A program made the position numbers and the translations under genes. Below the pieces are notes generated by a model. It was not told the DNA's origin. It ran no database searches and saw only the letters and a program-made list of their open reading frames with translations. Shown in pieces: positions 26,562 through 38,853 of a stretch of DNA of 64,000 nucleotides; position 1 is the first letter of the stretch; each line of letters opens with the position of its first letter. Source of the stretch: Mizuhopecten yessoensis (Eukaryota); assembly GCF_002113885.1 (NCBI RefSeq), contig NW_018405737.1, positions 304,970 to 368,969 of the forward strand, read 5' to 3'.

Positions 26562-27815
26562 ATGGCGGAAGGAGGGTCCCCTCATGACTCTCTCGATAAC
26601 CCCAAACCTGCTATGGACACCCACCTGTTAGATTGTCCTATCTGCCTAGAACAGCTGCACCAACCCAAGTCGCTCCCCTGTCTTCATTCTTTCTGCCAGG
26701 AATGTCTGTCCACCTTCATCACCAAGGACCTGTCAGGGAAGATGGCGGCGGCAACCTCCTTTCCGTGCCCTGTTTGTAGGAAGATAACACAACCGGTCAA
26801 TCTTTCTGAAGGTAAGGAGAAATGGGCACAACAATTTCCAACCAATGACCTGATTAACAGCCTTGAAAAGGTTACGATGGATGAGCCGAGATATTGCAAG
26901 CCTTGTGAGAAAAAAGGAAAATCTGGGACGCCTGCAAAGGTCTGGTGCCAAGCTTACAACGTCCTGTTTTGCGAGACCTGTAAAGACGAATATCATGATT
27001 TGATTCACGAAGACTGCGAGACAGTGGACATATCAAAAGATGTAACCATGCAACAAAAGGTGACACAAGTGGTCAGATGTGGAAAACACGCAGAGAAGAT
27101 GGATTACTATTGTGAAGATCACGAGATACTTGGTTGTAGTAGATGCATAACGATAGACCACAGACGATGTGACGAAGTGACAACAACACAGGAGTATTGT
27201 GATAAACTGAAGAGGGAATCATGCCTGGATCACTTGAAGACATCCCTGCAAAAAACAACTGATGCCATTGAGTTCCTTATCAAAGAGTTTGGTGAACAGC
27301 TTAAAACTATGCCAGAAGACCTAGATACCGGATTTAAGAGTATAGTAGATCTACGACAAAAGGTCGACGCACGTCTTGATGCTATGCAGGAGAAAATCAC
27401 AGATGAACTGACAGCAATTTATAAAACAGAGAAAGAGAATCTTGATTTGACATTGCAGAAATGTGAACGACTGACGTCTTCAATTCAAATCACAATAAAA
27501 ACCTCGGCAACAGTTATCCAGAGGAACGCCAGCGTGGACACAATCTTGGTGTATCAGAGAGGCATGGCAGAATTGAGATCCTATCGGGATCTGGTGACAG
27601 AATTGAGGAAGTCTTTCATCGCTGTCAGAATCAAGCATTCCTTTGACCCTGCTCTTCTGAAAACGAACAAGAACATTCCACTGACCCTGGGGAAAGTCAC
27701 AGTACAGAAAGAACGTAGAATTCTGCCTGGACATTTGTTTACTCCGTTAGCGGAATGCCGTGTGAAGGAGGTAGCCAAGTTTAACATAAACTCTTCCTCA
27801 GACAGCTCAGATTGA
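26562..27815 (+). CDS. TRIM copy 2, RING-Bbox-coiled-coil portion (417 aa), ending at an in-frame TGA
   Basis: ATG MAEGGSP after the acceptor tttacag; RING CPIC..CLHSFC..C..CPVC; B-box2 CGKH..CEDH..CSRC..H; TGA at 27813 aligns with TGC (Cys) in both paralogs. Confidence 0.75.
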   Translation: MAEGGSPHDSLDNPKPAMDTHLLDCPICLEQLHQPKSLPCLHSFCQECLSTFITKDLSGKMAAATSFPCPVCRKITQPVNLSEGKEKWAQQFPTNDLINSLEKVTMDEPRYCKPCEKKGKSGTPAKVWCQAYNVLFCETCKDEYHDLIHEDCETVDISKDVTMQQKVTQVVRCGKHAEKMDYYCEDHEILGCSRCITIDHRRCDEVTTTQEYCDKLKRESCLDHLKTSLQKTTDAIEFLIKEFGEQLKTMPEDLDTGFKSIVDLRQKVDARLDAMQEKITDELTAIYKTEKENLDLTLQKCERLTSSIQITIKTSATVIQRNASVDTILVYQRGMAELRSYRDLVTELRKSFIAVRIKHSFDPALLKTNKNIPLTLGKVTVQKERRILPGHLFTPLAECRVKEVAKFNINSSSDSSD

Positions 27816-27821
27816 TGTGCA

Positions 27822-28547
27822 ATGGGAGTTGTTTACCTACCATATGCTCATATCATTGTAGGAGATTTCAACAACAACATTATAAAGTTGTTTACAGCTA
27901 TAGGGAAATTAGAAGATGAGTTGAAAATTCCTGGATCATTATTTGACATGTGTCGTGTGGATTATCAAACTGTGGCGGTAGCTCTCTCTAATCTTACTGC
28001 TATATACGTCATCAAAATAGAGTCCTCAAAATTAATCCTGTCGTCAGAAATTGAACTGTCGGTCGGCCAAAATCTTAGGGGTATTACTTATACAGGTGAC
28101 ATATTCATTGTTAGTTATGGGAGCAATGATCACAGCGTGAGTAAGGATGGGGATACGAAACATATCCAAACGTATCCGGCTCACTGCTGTCATCTTGCAT
28201 GCAATCCATGGACGCAAGAGATATACGTCAGCCAAAACAACTCAAGGAATGGCGCCGTAGCCATATCCAAACTGTCAAACGGTAAACGTACAGATATGGT
28301 GAAGGTTGGTGTCCTGAATTCAACGTTTGGGGTAGATGTTGGTTGTGACGGTAATTTGTATGTGTGGGGGCGGGGTTCAAACAACGTGGTACAGATGTCT
28401 GCGGACGGAACTCGCATCAGAGAACTGCTGACAGTATCGGATGGTGTGGTCAACCCGAGGGCAATATCTGTGTGTGGGGACAAATTTGTGGTCACAGACG
28501 AATCCTCACAACACAGGAATGAAATATGCCTATTTCAGCTTTACTGA
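27822..28547 (+). CDS. TRIM copy 2, NHL-like beta-propeller portion (241 aa), same frame as the upstream ORF
   Basis: Intact and colinear with the copy 3 C-terminus (GVDVGCDGNLYV, VNPRAISV). It may be the untranslated tail of a nonsense allele. Confidence 0.55.
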   Translation: MGVVYLPYAHIIVGDFNNNIIKLFTAIGKLEDELKIPGSLFDMCRVDYQTVAVALSNLTAIYVIKIESSKLILSSEIELSVGQNLRGITYTGDIFIVSYGSNDHSVSKDGDTKHIQTYPAHCCHLACNPWTQEIYVSQNNSRNGAVAISKLSNGKRTDMVKVGVLNSTFGVDVGCDGNLYVWGRGSNNVVQMSADGTRIRELLTVSDGVVNPRAISVCGDKFVVTDESSQHRNEICLFQLY

Positions 28548-31039
28548 GCCAAGTGAGTGAGCATTCTGTGAGATATGTATCTTCTGTACGGACAAGAACA
28601 AAATAGGTTTTATGTTTAGTGACAAAACTACAACATGTCCGGATATGTTTTGAGTATCCATCCATTGCCTGAAAAGAATTAAACTGTAACGATGCAGCTA
28701 CCTGGGGTATAACAATTTAATACCACATATATATAAATTAATAAATTCATGTTAAGTTTACTTTGACCGACTTTTAGGTCAAGGTCATATGGATTATTTT
28801 TTTAAGCAAATTCTTAATACCAAAGAGGCCTTCAGTGATGATATTAAACAAGCAGCTTGCTAGAATTAAACTAACTTATCCTACTTTTTATGTAAGGCAA
28901 ATATGTTAAAACTTTTATGGCACGTAGTGTGTATGAGCTTGCTAACGATCAGCTTTGTTAAAAACAATTTGTACTTTAAATATCACCGATGAGATATGTA
29001 AATAGCGGTTACTAGCAGGTGAATGAAACATGATTTATAAGCTTTTCACTTCCATTGCCTTTATAATTTAGAGTTATCGCTGTGAAACAAATGGCTATAC
29101 TTTTTTGTACATTTCAAATACTTGTATGTCATTGATAACTTGAACAAATCAGAACCAATTTTGTTCAGGATTATTTTTATAGTGGGACTCTCTTTGAAAG
29201 GAGGTGTACATGTCATGTAATACCAGGTTCTCAAAGTGAGGGGGGAGTTGGTGACAAAACCACAAGGCACATTAATAATCATAATAAAATATCGACATTC
29301 ATTTAGCAGAAGGTAACAATATCATATTATATAAGTCTTTATTAACCTGCCTCTCTCTGAACCATGCGTTGTAAGTTTGTCCCTCGGCATTCAACAGTAC
29401 TAGTGTTGGCTTGGAGCTTTGTTGAAATTGAATGATTAAAATCGATTATATAGCGAGTAATAGTTCATTTACGACTATCAGCACTGTGTTTCACATATTT
29501 TACGAAAAAGCGTATTAAAATTAGGTAAAGACAAAAAAATAAATAAATTGAGTACATAATACCAAGCCCAATAAAGATTTTTCATTATGATCTTTAGGTA
29601 AGGTTTCACAAACTTTTAAAAAAGCTTTTGTGTTTTTTTTCATCGTATTTATCACTTTTCAGATAAAGGTCTTCATCATTTTTTTTAAACATGTTCATTT
29701 TTGGTGTTTCCTGAAAAAAGTTAATATAAAATAGCATTATGCATATGGCATCAGCACTTTTTGTTCCGCTTTCCACTTAAATTATCGAAAGCAAAACTTT
29801 GAAGTAAGATATTGTTTTTCGTTTACCAGATATGAATCCATTTTATGTAAATATATTCACTGTTTGGTTAAGGTGTCTTTGTATAGATAATTTCCGCAAT
29901 CTTTGAAATATAGTTGTTAATGTGTTGATGATATGTTTGTAAAAGTTTTTCTGTTGGTTGAAGGACTGCTATAGACCAGTTGGATCAATAAAACCTTCCT
30001 TCGCCAGTTGGTAATATTAATTCCATGTAAACACTGGCCACGTGGTGGTGTACCGGAGGGAGCGTATGTTGAAGTATCTGCCTCCTTGCGATTTGTCTAG
30101 AAATATATAACTTGCGATATGATTTTGAAATGGTAGTTTATTGTAATAAAAAAATTCTGGGGATTAAAACACAGTTATGAAATATATCTAAACTAGCTTG
30201 TTAACTTGAACTAATAGTCACTTTTCATATTTTTCTTGATAGAAAATAAAATCATTATAAAACACTGCGGTATTTCTATATAATATCTTGTGATACATGG
30301 CAACATTTCCTTTATATCACGAAAAGAAAATTGCATGTAACAACCACCCCTAGTAATTGTACTCCCCTAGCACAACATAATAATTTATTATGATGAATAG
30401 TTTTAGAGTTATCCCACTTCTGTAGCATTATCACAAGCTGCTTGTTATTATTCGACAAAATTAAAAAAAAAGGTTCCCATCACCTCTAAATGCTCATAAT
30501 ATGTCAATGTGTGATTGTGTCCCAATTCACGAATTACCATCGATTTCATATATGTTCGGAAGGTTTGGGGTGATAAGATAATGTGGCTATGGAGAGGATT
30601 TGGGGCATTGTATGTTACAATGGAGCGACACTGGCATAGGGCGATAATAATGTTAACCACTGTTTGAGACATTGTGACACAACTTTTACGAATAAAAAAA
30701 GGAAAACAAGGTTATAATGGAAAAAAATGAGATTGGCATGGAACATCAGGCGTGGAATTTAACCCGAGGTGTTGTGAATTGAAGTAATACCTTGCTGACG
30801 GTTTTTATTTCCAATTCTTAACCCCTGTGTTGGAACTTTGCACACTTACATATACGCTGTAAAGAAATAGTGTGAACACTGATTTTTAGTGACAAACAAT
30901 TAAGTATTCAACTGTGTAAGTTAACATGTATAGTCAATGTTAATGTCATATAGAAATGACATATTCCATGAAACGCGCTTCATGTTGAATATATATCAAT
31001 TTGCAATGACAATGAATGACATCACGCTAATGTAAACCA

Positions 31040-31900
31040 CTGTGGTCCGTCTTCATGTGTCCTCGTCTGTTCAAAGTAGAACATTTGCGGTTGTTCCTCC
31101 ATAACCAATGAAGTTATTGACTACAGACGTAGTTGGAATGTTATACTTTTCGTTCCGATCCAAAAATCAAACATGTACGCCTTCGTGTCTGATTGGATGA
31201 GACATTTTTCGACTTCTGGATAAAAACGGCTGCAACGATAGACAATAGTAAATTTCCTTTTATGTCGATCCGAGAATCAAAAATTGCCGCCTTGCCCTAA
31301 TATTCGCCTTTTTTTATAATGGCTTAATGATTGATTGCGATCAGAGTCAAAATGTTCCCAGGACACCGTCAAGTGTTGTTTCTAATAGTACCAATTTAAA
31401 AATCCAAATCTGTCGACATGCTCATTGATTGGCCGAGCCATTTCTTCTCCAGATTGACTCCACACTCGGAAGAGGTGTTCCTACTTTTCAGGCCAGTCCG
31501 AAAATCAAAGAGGGACAATCTTGTTTGGCTGTGGCATTTTTTCCCGCGTTGGTCTCTGATTTACCGATTCCTTTGTGATCTTTTCTCAAAAATGGCTGCA
31601 ACGATCGACTCGAAACCCATTCCAAATGTTCCTACTGGGTCGCTAGTTTTTGTTTAAATCCAAAACGCAAAGATGGCTGCCATGCCCTCTGATTTGCTAA
31701 GGCATTTTCGCTTTCGTTTTTAAAAACCTGCAGAGATAGAATTTAACCTTTGTATACTGGTTCGGTGTGAGATACCGGTTAGGTGTTTTCACTTGTACTG
31801 TCGATATACAAATCTTTGATGAATGTCTAGGCCTCAGACAGGCAGGCAGTTTTTCTTCTTCTGCTAGAACTGCTGCAGCCATTTATGCTATGGACACATT
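31040..31900 (+). mobile_element. Degenerate Helentron-type element / satellite array (aaaatcaaagatggc..tctgattgg units)
   Basis: Recurring motifs; paralogous remnants at 16635-16910 and 44225-44915. Confidence 0.55.
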
Positions 31901-33750
31901 TTCGTGTTGATTTAAGGCACAATCTCATGCGAGTGTAAAGCCCCTAGAGCCCCTTCTGATATCATCGCACTGCTGATAATTGATTATATAATTCTACATA
32001 CTCGGGCTTCAACCTACCTGTCATCACTCCTGCCTACATACACCTACCCTTATTGACGTCATGTGATATATTCGAAATATTACAGAAACGACATATAACC
32101 TTCCCGTTATCCCTGCTATCAACCGTCACCTACCATGTAGTGACGAAATCACAATGACTGCAGATAATAACCTAAGCAACTCCTACCCACACCTCTTGTT
32201 ATCTACAAATGTACCTACACGAGTTAGCCACCTGTCCGTCCCCGTTCTAGCCGTATATTTCTATCACTACTGACGTCATAACATCACTATGGACACCTAG
32301 TTAACACATGTGACGATGGATACAAAACAAATGGCAACCGAACAACTGATTAAATGGCAGTGTTACTGATTATCAAAGCATTGGGTTGTTGTTGTGCAAA
32401 GCCTCGGGTCTCCTGCTCAATATATTATTCCTTGGGTTTGAGTGACCTTATCCATACCTCACATCAAGAATGCATTCTATTAATCTCACACCGGTAAAAG
32501 TGCGGATACACCTGTGCAGGGTAAGAAAAAACAATTCCCTACATCAGTCTTTCTTACCCAGGACAGCTCTATCTTACACACAGGGAAATGAGAGAAAATA
32601 TGTATACTACATGTAGCTCCGAGATCCATATATGATAAGGTGCAGTGGCTTTATCACAATTCCAAATTTGTAATGTACATTTGATGGAATAATGGGGTTT
32701 ATTTTCTACACAAACCAAATATATATATAGTGTGTAGTAAGGAATGCTTATGTCACACAATTTTAATCATATCAAGACAGTGACAAAATCACTCGAAAAG
32801 GAGAACTATCGATGAAAATTTGAATAACATGTTGAGGTATCAATGTAATTAATTCGAACACTATCTTACGATGCTGAAACGGGAGAGAAAGAGTGACATG
32901 TCAACAGTATACATAGTACATATCGTGGAACCTCGATATATCGGCCATATTCGTTTCATACAAAAGTGACTTAATTGTCGGAAAAACGCTCACATGAAAG
33001 ATATGTCTTGTGGATATTCCTGTAGAATAATTACATATAAATAATTATCTAATTTCACAGTGTACACGTCTTTAATTAAAGCATACACTGAAGCTCCATA
33101 ATACCAGTCAACGAAATCAGCCAATCAGTGGCAGAACAGTTATGCAAATGACAAGTATCTGGAATCACGACTATCGTAGTTTTCGTAGTTTGTAAGGGTT
33201 GTGGTTGAAGATAACACGGGGAAATTCTCCAAGTAAATAATAATAAATCCTAATTTCATGACATAAAGCTGCTGTGCTGTCAACCGATGGCATTTTCAGT
33301 GACAACACGTGAAGTACTTTCAACAAATGATTAAGAAAAATGTTTCTACGTATACTTGTTAAAATCAAGAAACTTTTCATATTTGTATAAATCATCTTTT
33401 ATGGTTTTTTTTTATTAATTCAATAGACAGACAACTAATATTTTGTTCACAATATTGAAATATTTCGGGACCGAAATAACCATCGATCAATATTTAAAAT
33501 TTCCGGATTGTTTCTATCCCGTCGTTTCGGTTTTGTATTATAATGTTATGCTGATAACAAGGGGGTGGTACACGCAGCCAGAGTTTACTGATGAATTGCA
33601 CGTCACTGTCGACTTCATTCAGATTTGGTGGTGAGTATCAGATTAAGCTTGGTACCAGTCTACTGAGAAAGTAGTAAACGATATGTATATACCGATGATG
33701 TTTCACCGAAACACTATCAAAAGAGTCACGTGTTAGCTAGGCCTGTATCC

Positions 33751-33762
33751 GAAATCGAAAGT
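33751..33762 (+). promoter_or_regulatory. ISRE/IRF-E-like element, TRIM copy 3
   Basis: GAAATCGAAAGT about 120 bp after the candidate donor at 33631. Confidence 0.45.
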
Positions 33763-35555
33763 ACTTTAAAATATTGTTATGTGGTTGGAAAATAAATGTT
33801 GGCACTGGTCTCTAATTCTTTTGAATAGTTCATATGTTGATGCATTAGTTTACAGAATCATCTACAGACTGTAGGTGTGTGACTGGATAAATCCGTCAGC
33901 GCTCGATTCCAAATAGAAATTGACATTTTTACAAACGCAACTTCCCGGTAATGTTACGCAGGATTCAGGTCGTCGTTGATAAAAAAGGAAAAGAAACATA
34001 ATAACAAAGACAATGAGTGTGAATTGAAAAAAAATTAATGAACGTGAACAAATTCAAACTGACTATCCTTCCTCATATCCAACAGGCTGGGGAAATGAAA
34101 ACTGATTATAATATCTCAAATTTACTTACACAGGGGGAATAACTCTTACAGGTAAATAGAAAATATACAGCGACAGCGTAATAACATTTTCCCTTTACAT
34201 TCAAATTGCATAACTATTGATAAACAGGTGTATACAATAAATCAAGAATACTGATACTGGACCCAAGTGAGACTTGCAGTCATGTACCACAGCATGCACA
34301 TTTGCATTTCGAATGTCTACAGGCAGGAGGAGATATTGTAAAAAAAATGTTTTCTTTTTTTCTTCAAATTTTCAATTTATATTCAGAGATTGCAGATTTT
34401 TTCTGAGTATTTTTTACTTGCATGATGGAAGAGCAGGTAGCTATAACGTATACTTACGTAATGTTTCTAGAAACCTAACTAGATAAGAAAAATAAAATAA
34501 ATGTATTACCAGAAGTATGATAATGTACTGATTCCATTCAGGCCTTTTACTAAAAATATACCAAGAGAAAACAATAGGAACAATTAAGAACGTTATCTAA
34601 ATGCAAAGGCTGGTATCTCACTTAGTTTGTTTAACACGACATTGTCCAGACCACATATGCATCACAAAATAAACTGGAACCATAAGAGGCACAAAAATAT
34701 AAAGCAACAAAGCAACAAATAAAAAAAAAAATAAAAAAAATAAAACTACAAGATCGTCTATTTCATCGGTCTTTATACCAGTACCTGGCTAAATAGCCAT
34801 ATAGGTAACTGTTAACATTAACTGTACTCCACAGTAGAGAAGACGTGCACACTTAAGGTAGTCTAATGTAACAAACAATGAAAAGACAGAATTTGCATGG
34901 CGTAACACAACTTCTACTGACCACTCCGACAATATAACAACCGAATAACAGTAAAAGGGAACGCCTGTATATGTAACGTATATACATATAATACAACGGA
35001 AATACGGTCGATATAATCGGGTCAATTAAAAAACACATTTATCATTTATAACAAACAATCACGCTGAAATATGTCCCTGCTATATTGTTTGATGTAGCAT
35101 CATCTTCACCACTGTTTTCTGGTCACTATCGGTAAGCAGGGCTCTCGTATTCCATGTTCTCTCTCTTATGCGTAACAACATCCCACTGGTTTTGTTACCT
35201 AAATTTTACAACAGCCTGTTCCTTTATGAATTGGGAAAATAAACCTTTATTTGTATTGAAATCAGAAATACATTTCACATTTTTTTGTCATTTTGTGAAA
35301 ATAAGGCACTTTTAGCTAGGGGAAAAAGCCTGTACTCGGCAGATAAACCGAGCAAAGAAAATCACTGCATCGTACTCATCGGCTATTTATAAATAAGTTC
35401 ATACAATGAGATAAGTATTTATTATATGAAAATCAGATGTTCTCTAGTACTATTGCATAGATAAGACATCGATCATGAAACAAGAATTAAATCATGCAAT
35501 CAAGACATGGTCGTTCCTGCCTACTTTGAGTCTTTGTTGAAGATGTGTAGTTGTA

Positions 35556-38476
35556 TTGACAGTACAACAAGAGCCTGTATATAATTTTACAGTACAACAA
35601 GAGCCTGTATATAATTTTACAGTACAACTAGAGCCTGTATATAATTTGACAGTACAACAAGAGCCTGTATATAATTTTACAGTACAACTAGTGCTTGTAT
35701 ATAATTTGACAATACAACTAGATCCTGCATATAATTTGACAGTACAACTAGAGCCTGCATATAATTTGACAGTACAACAAGAGCCTGTATATAATTTTAC
35801 AGTACAACAAGAGCCTTTATATAATTTTACAGTACAACAAGAGCCTGTATATAATTTTACAGTACAACAAGAGCCTTATATAATTTTACAGTACAACTAG
35901 AGCCTGTATATAATTTGACAGTACAACTAGATCCTGTATATAATTTGACAGTACAACAAGAGCCTGTATATAATTTGACAGTACAACTAGATCCTGTATG
36001 TAATTTGACAGTACAACAAGAGCCTTTATATAATTTGACAGTACATCTAGATCCTGTATATAATTTGACAATACAACTAGAGCCTGCATATAATTTGGCA
36101 GTACAACTAGATCCTGTATGTAATTTGACAGTACAACTAAAGCCTGTATATAATTTGACAGTACAACAAGAGCCTGTATATAATTTGCCAATACAACTAG
36201 AGCCTGCATATAATTTGACAGTACAACTAGAGCCTGCATATAATTTGACAGTACAACTAGATCCTGTATGTAATTTGACAGTACAACTAAAGCCTTTATA
36301 TAATTTGACAGTACAACAAGAGCATGTATATAATTTGACAGTACAACTAGATCCTGTATGTAATTTGACAGTACAACAAGAGCCTTTATATAATTTGACA
36401 GTACAACTAGATCCTGTATATAATTTGACAATACAACTAGAGCCTGCATATAATTTGACAGTACAACTAGATCCTGTATGTAATTTGACAGTACAACTAA
36501 AGCCTTTATATAATTTGACAGTACAACAAGAGCCTGTATATAATTTGACAGTACAACTAGAGCCTGCATATAATTTGACAGTACAACTAGAGTATGTATA
36601 TAATTTTGCAGTACATCAAGAGCATGTGTATAATTTGACAGTACAACTAGAGCCTGCATATAATTTGACAGTACAAGTAGAGCCTGCATATAATTTGACA
36701 GTACAACAAGAGCCTGTATATACTTTGACAGTACTGCTAGAGCCTGTATATAATTTGACAGTACAGCTAAAGCCTTTATATAATTTGACAGTTCAACAAG
36801 AGCCTGTATATAATTTGACAGTACAACTAGAGCCTGTGTAAAGTTTTACAGTACAACTAGAGTCTGTTTATAATTTGACAGTACAACTATATTATGTATA
36901 TAATTTGACAGTACAACTTCAGTGTGTATATAATTAGTCAGTACAACTAGAATATGTATATACTTAAACAATACACCTAAAGTATGTATATAATTTGACA
37001 GTACAACTATAGGAAGTATATAATTTGACAGTACAACTAGAGCCTTCATATAAATTGACAGTACAACAAGAGTCTGTTCATAATTTGACAGTACAACTAG
37101 TGCCTGTATATAATTTGACAGTACAACTAGAGCCTGCATATAATTTGACAGTACAACAAGAGCCTGTGTATACTTTGACAGTACAACTAGAGCCTGTGTA
37201 AAGTTTTACAGTACAACTAGAGTCTGTTCATAATTTGACAGTACAACTACAGTGTGTATAAAATTAGTCAGTACAACTAGAGTCTGTATATACTTAAACA
37301 ATATACCTAAAGTATGTATATAATTTGACAGTACAACTAGAGCCTTTATATAATTTGACAGTACAACAAGAGCCTGTGTATAGTTTTACAGTACAACTAG
37401 AGTCTGTTCATAATTTGACAGTACACCTAAAGTATGTATATAATTTGACAGTACAACTATAGGAAGTATATGATTTGACAGTACAACTATAGGAAGTATA
37501 TAATTTGACAGTACAACAAGAGCCTGTGTATACTTAAACAATACACATAAAGTAATATATAATTTGACAGTACAACTATAGGAAGTATATACTTTGACAG
37601 TACAACTACAGTGGGTATATAATTTGACAGTACAACTACAATGTGTATATAATTTGACAGTACAACGAGTCTATATATTATTTTACAATACAACTACAGT
37701 CTGAATATAATTTGACAGTACAACTACAGTCTGTTTATAATTTGACAGTACAACGAGTCTATATATTATTTTACAGTACAACAAGAGCCTGTATATAATT
37801 TGACAGTACAACTATAGGAAGTATATAATTTGACAGTACAACTTCAGTATGTGTATACTTTGACAGTACAACTAGAGTCTGTATATACTTAAACAATACA
37901 CATAAAGTATTATATAATTTGACAGTACAACTATAGGAAGTATATAATTTGACAGTACAACTACAGTGTGTATATACTTTGACAGTACAACTACAGTGTG
38001 TATATAATTTGACAGTACAACGAGTCTATATATTATTTTACAGTACAACTACAGTCTGAATATAATTTGACACTACAACTAGTCTTTATATCATACGACA
38101 GTACAACAACAGTGTATATAAATGACAGTACAACAAGTGTCTGTATAGCATTTGATAGTACAACTACAGTGTATATTATTTGACAATACAACAATAATCT
38201 GGTTAAAATTTGACAGTACAACTATTGTCTGTATAAAATTGACAGTACAACTTTAGTATTATATAATTTAACAGTTCGATTAGAGTATGTCTGTTATTTT
38301 ACACTTAAACTTCATTCTGTATATACTTTGACAGTACAACTAGTGCATTTATATAATTTGACGGTACAACTGAAGTCTGTATATAATTTGACAGTAAACC
38401 TACAGTCTGTATGTAATTTGAGAGTACAACTACTATCTGTATATATAATTTGATAGTACAACTACAGTTTGCATAC
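35556..38476. repeat. 30-bp satellite, variant of the 20-26 kb family (tttgacagtacaactagagcctgtatataa)
   Basis: Directly visible tandem array, ~95 copies. Confidence 0.98.
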
Positions 38477-38853
38477 TATCTTAACCGATACTAATATTAA
38501 GTATTAACTGGTGATTAGCGGTCATCTGTACAGACCTTAATGTTCTACATTGCGTAGGCCATTAATATGGGAGAGATGAAACGCAAATACATTGTACGTA
38601 CATTTTATACAAAAATTGTCATTATAAATGGTACAATGTAAACTGTCCGTCAAAAGATACAAATAAATTAATTACAAAACAACAAATGAATAATTTACTC
38701 AAAAGTATGGCCATGATTTATTCCTCGAGAATAGAGGTCAATACAAACATAAAGATTTATATTTTTCCGGCATATTTCCCTTTACTTACCGATATAGAAC
38801 TTGTCACGTGTTTCACTTTATACATTTACAGATTTGATTTACAACCACTCGCC

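Noticed and set aside
26684-28495. Minus-strand ORFs overlapping TRIM coding sequence
   Set aside because: Antisense shadows of the real CDS
35556-38221. Repeat ORFs (267 and 308 aa etc.)
   Set aside because: Same satellite artefact
38686-38853. N-terminal extension of the 716-aa ORF (likewise 26499 and 12381 starts)
   Set aside because: Upstream of the conserved splice acceptor or inside the transposon; not conserved in frame between paralogs
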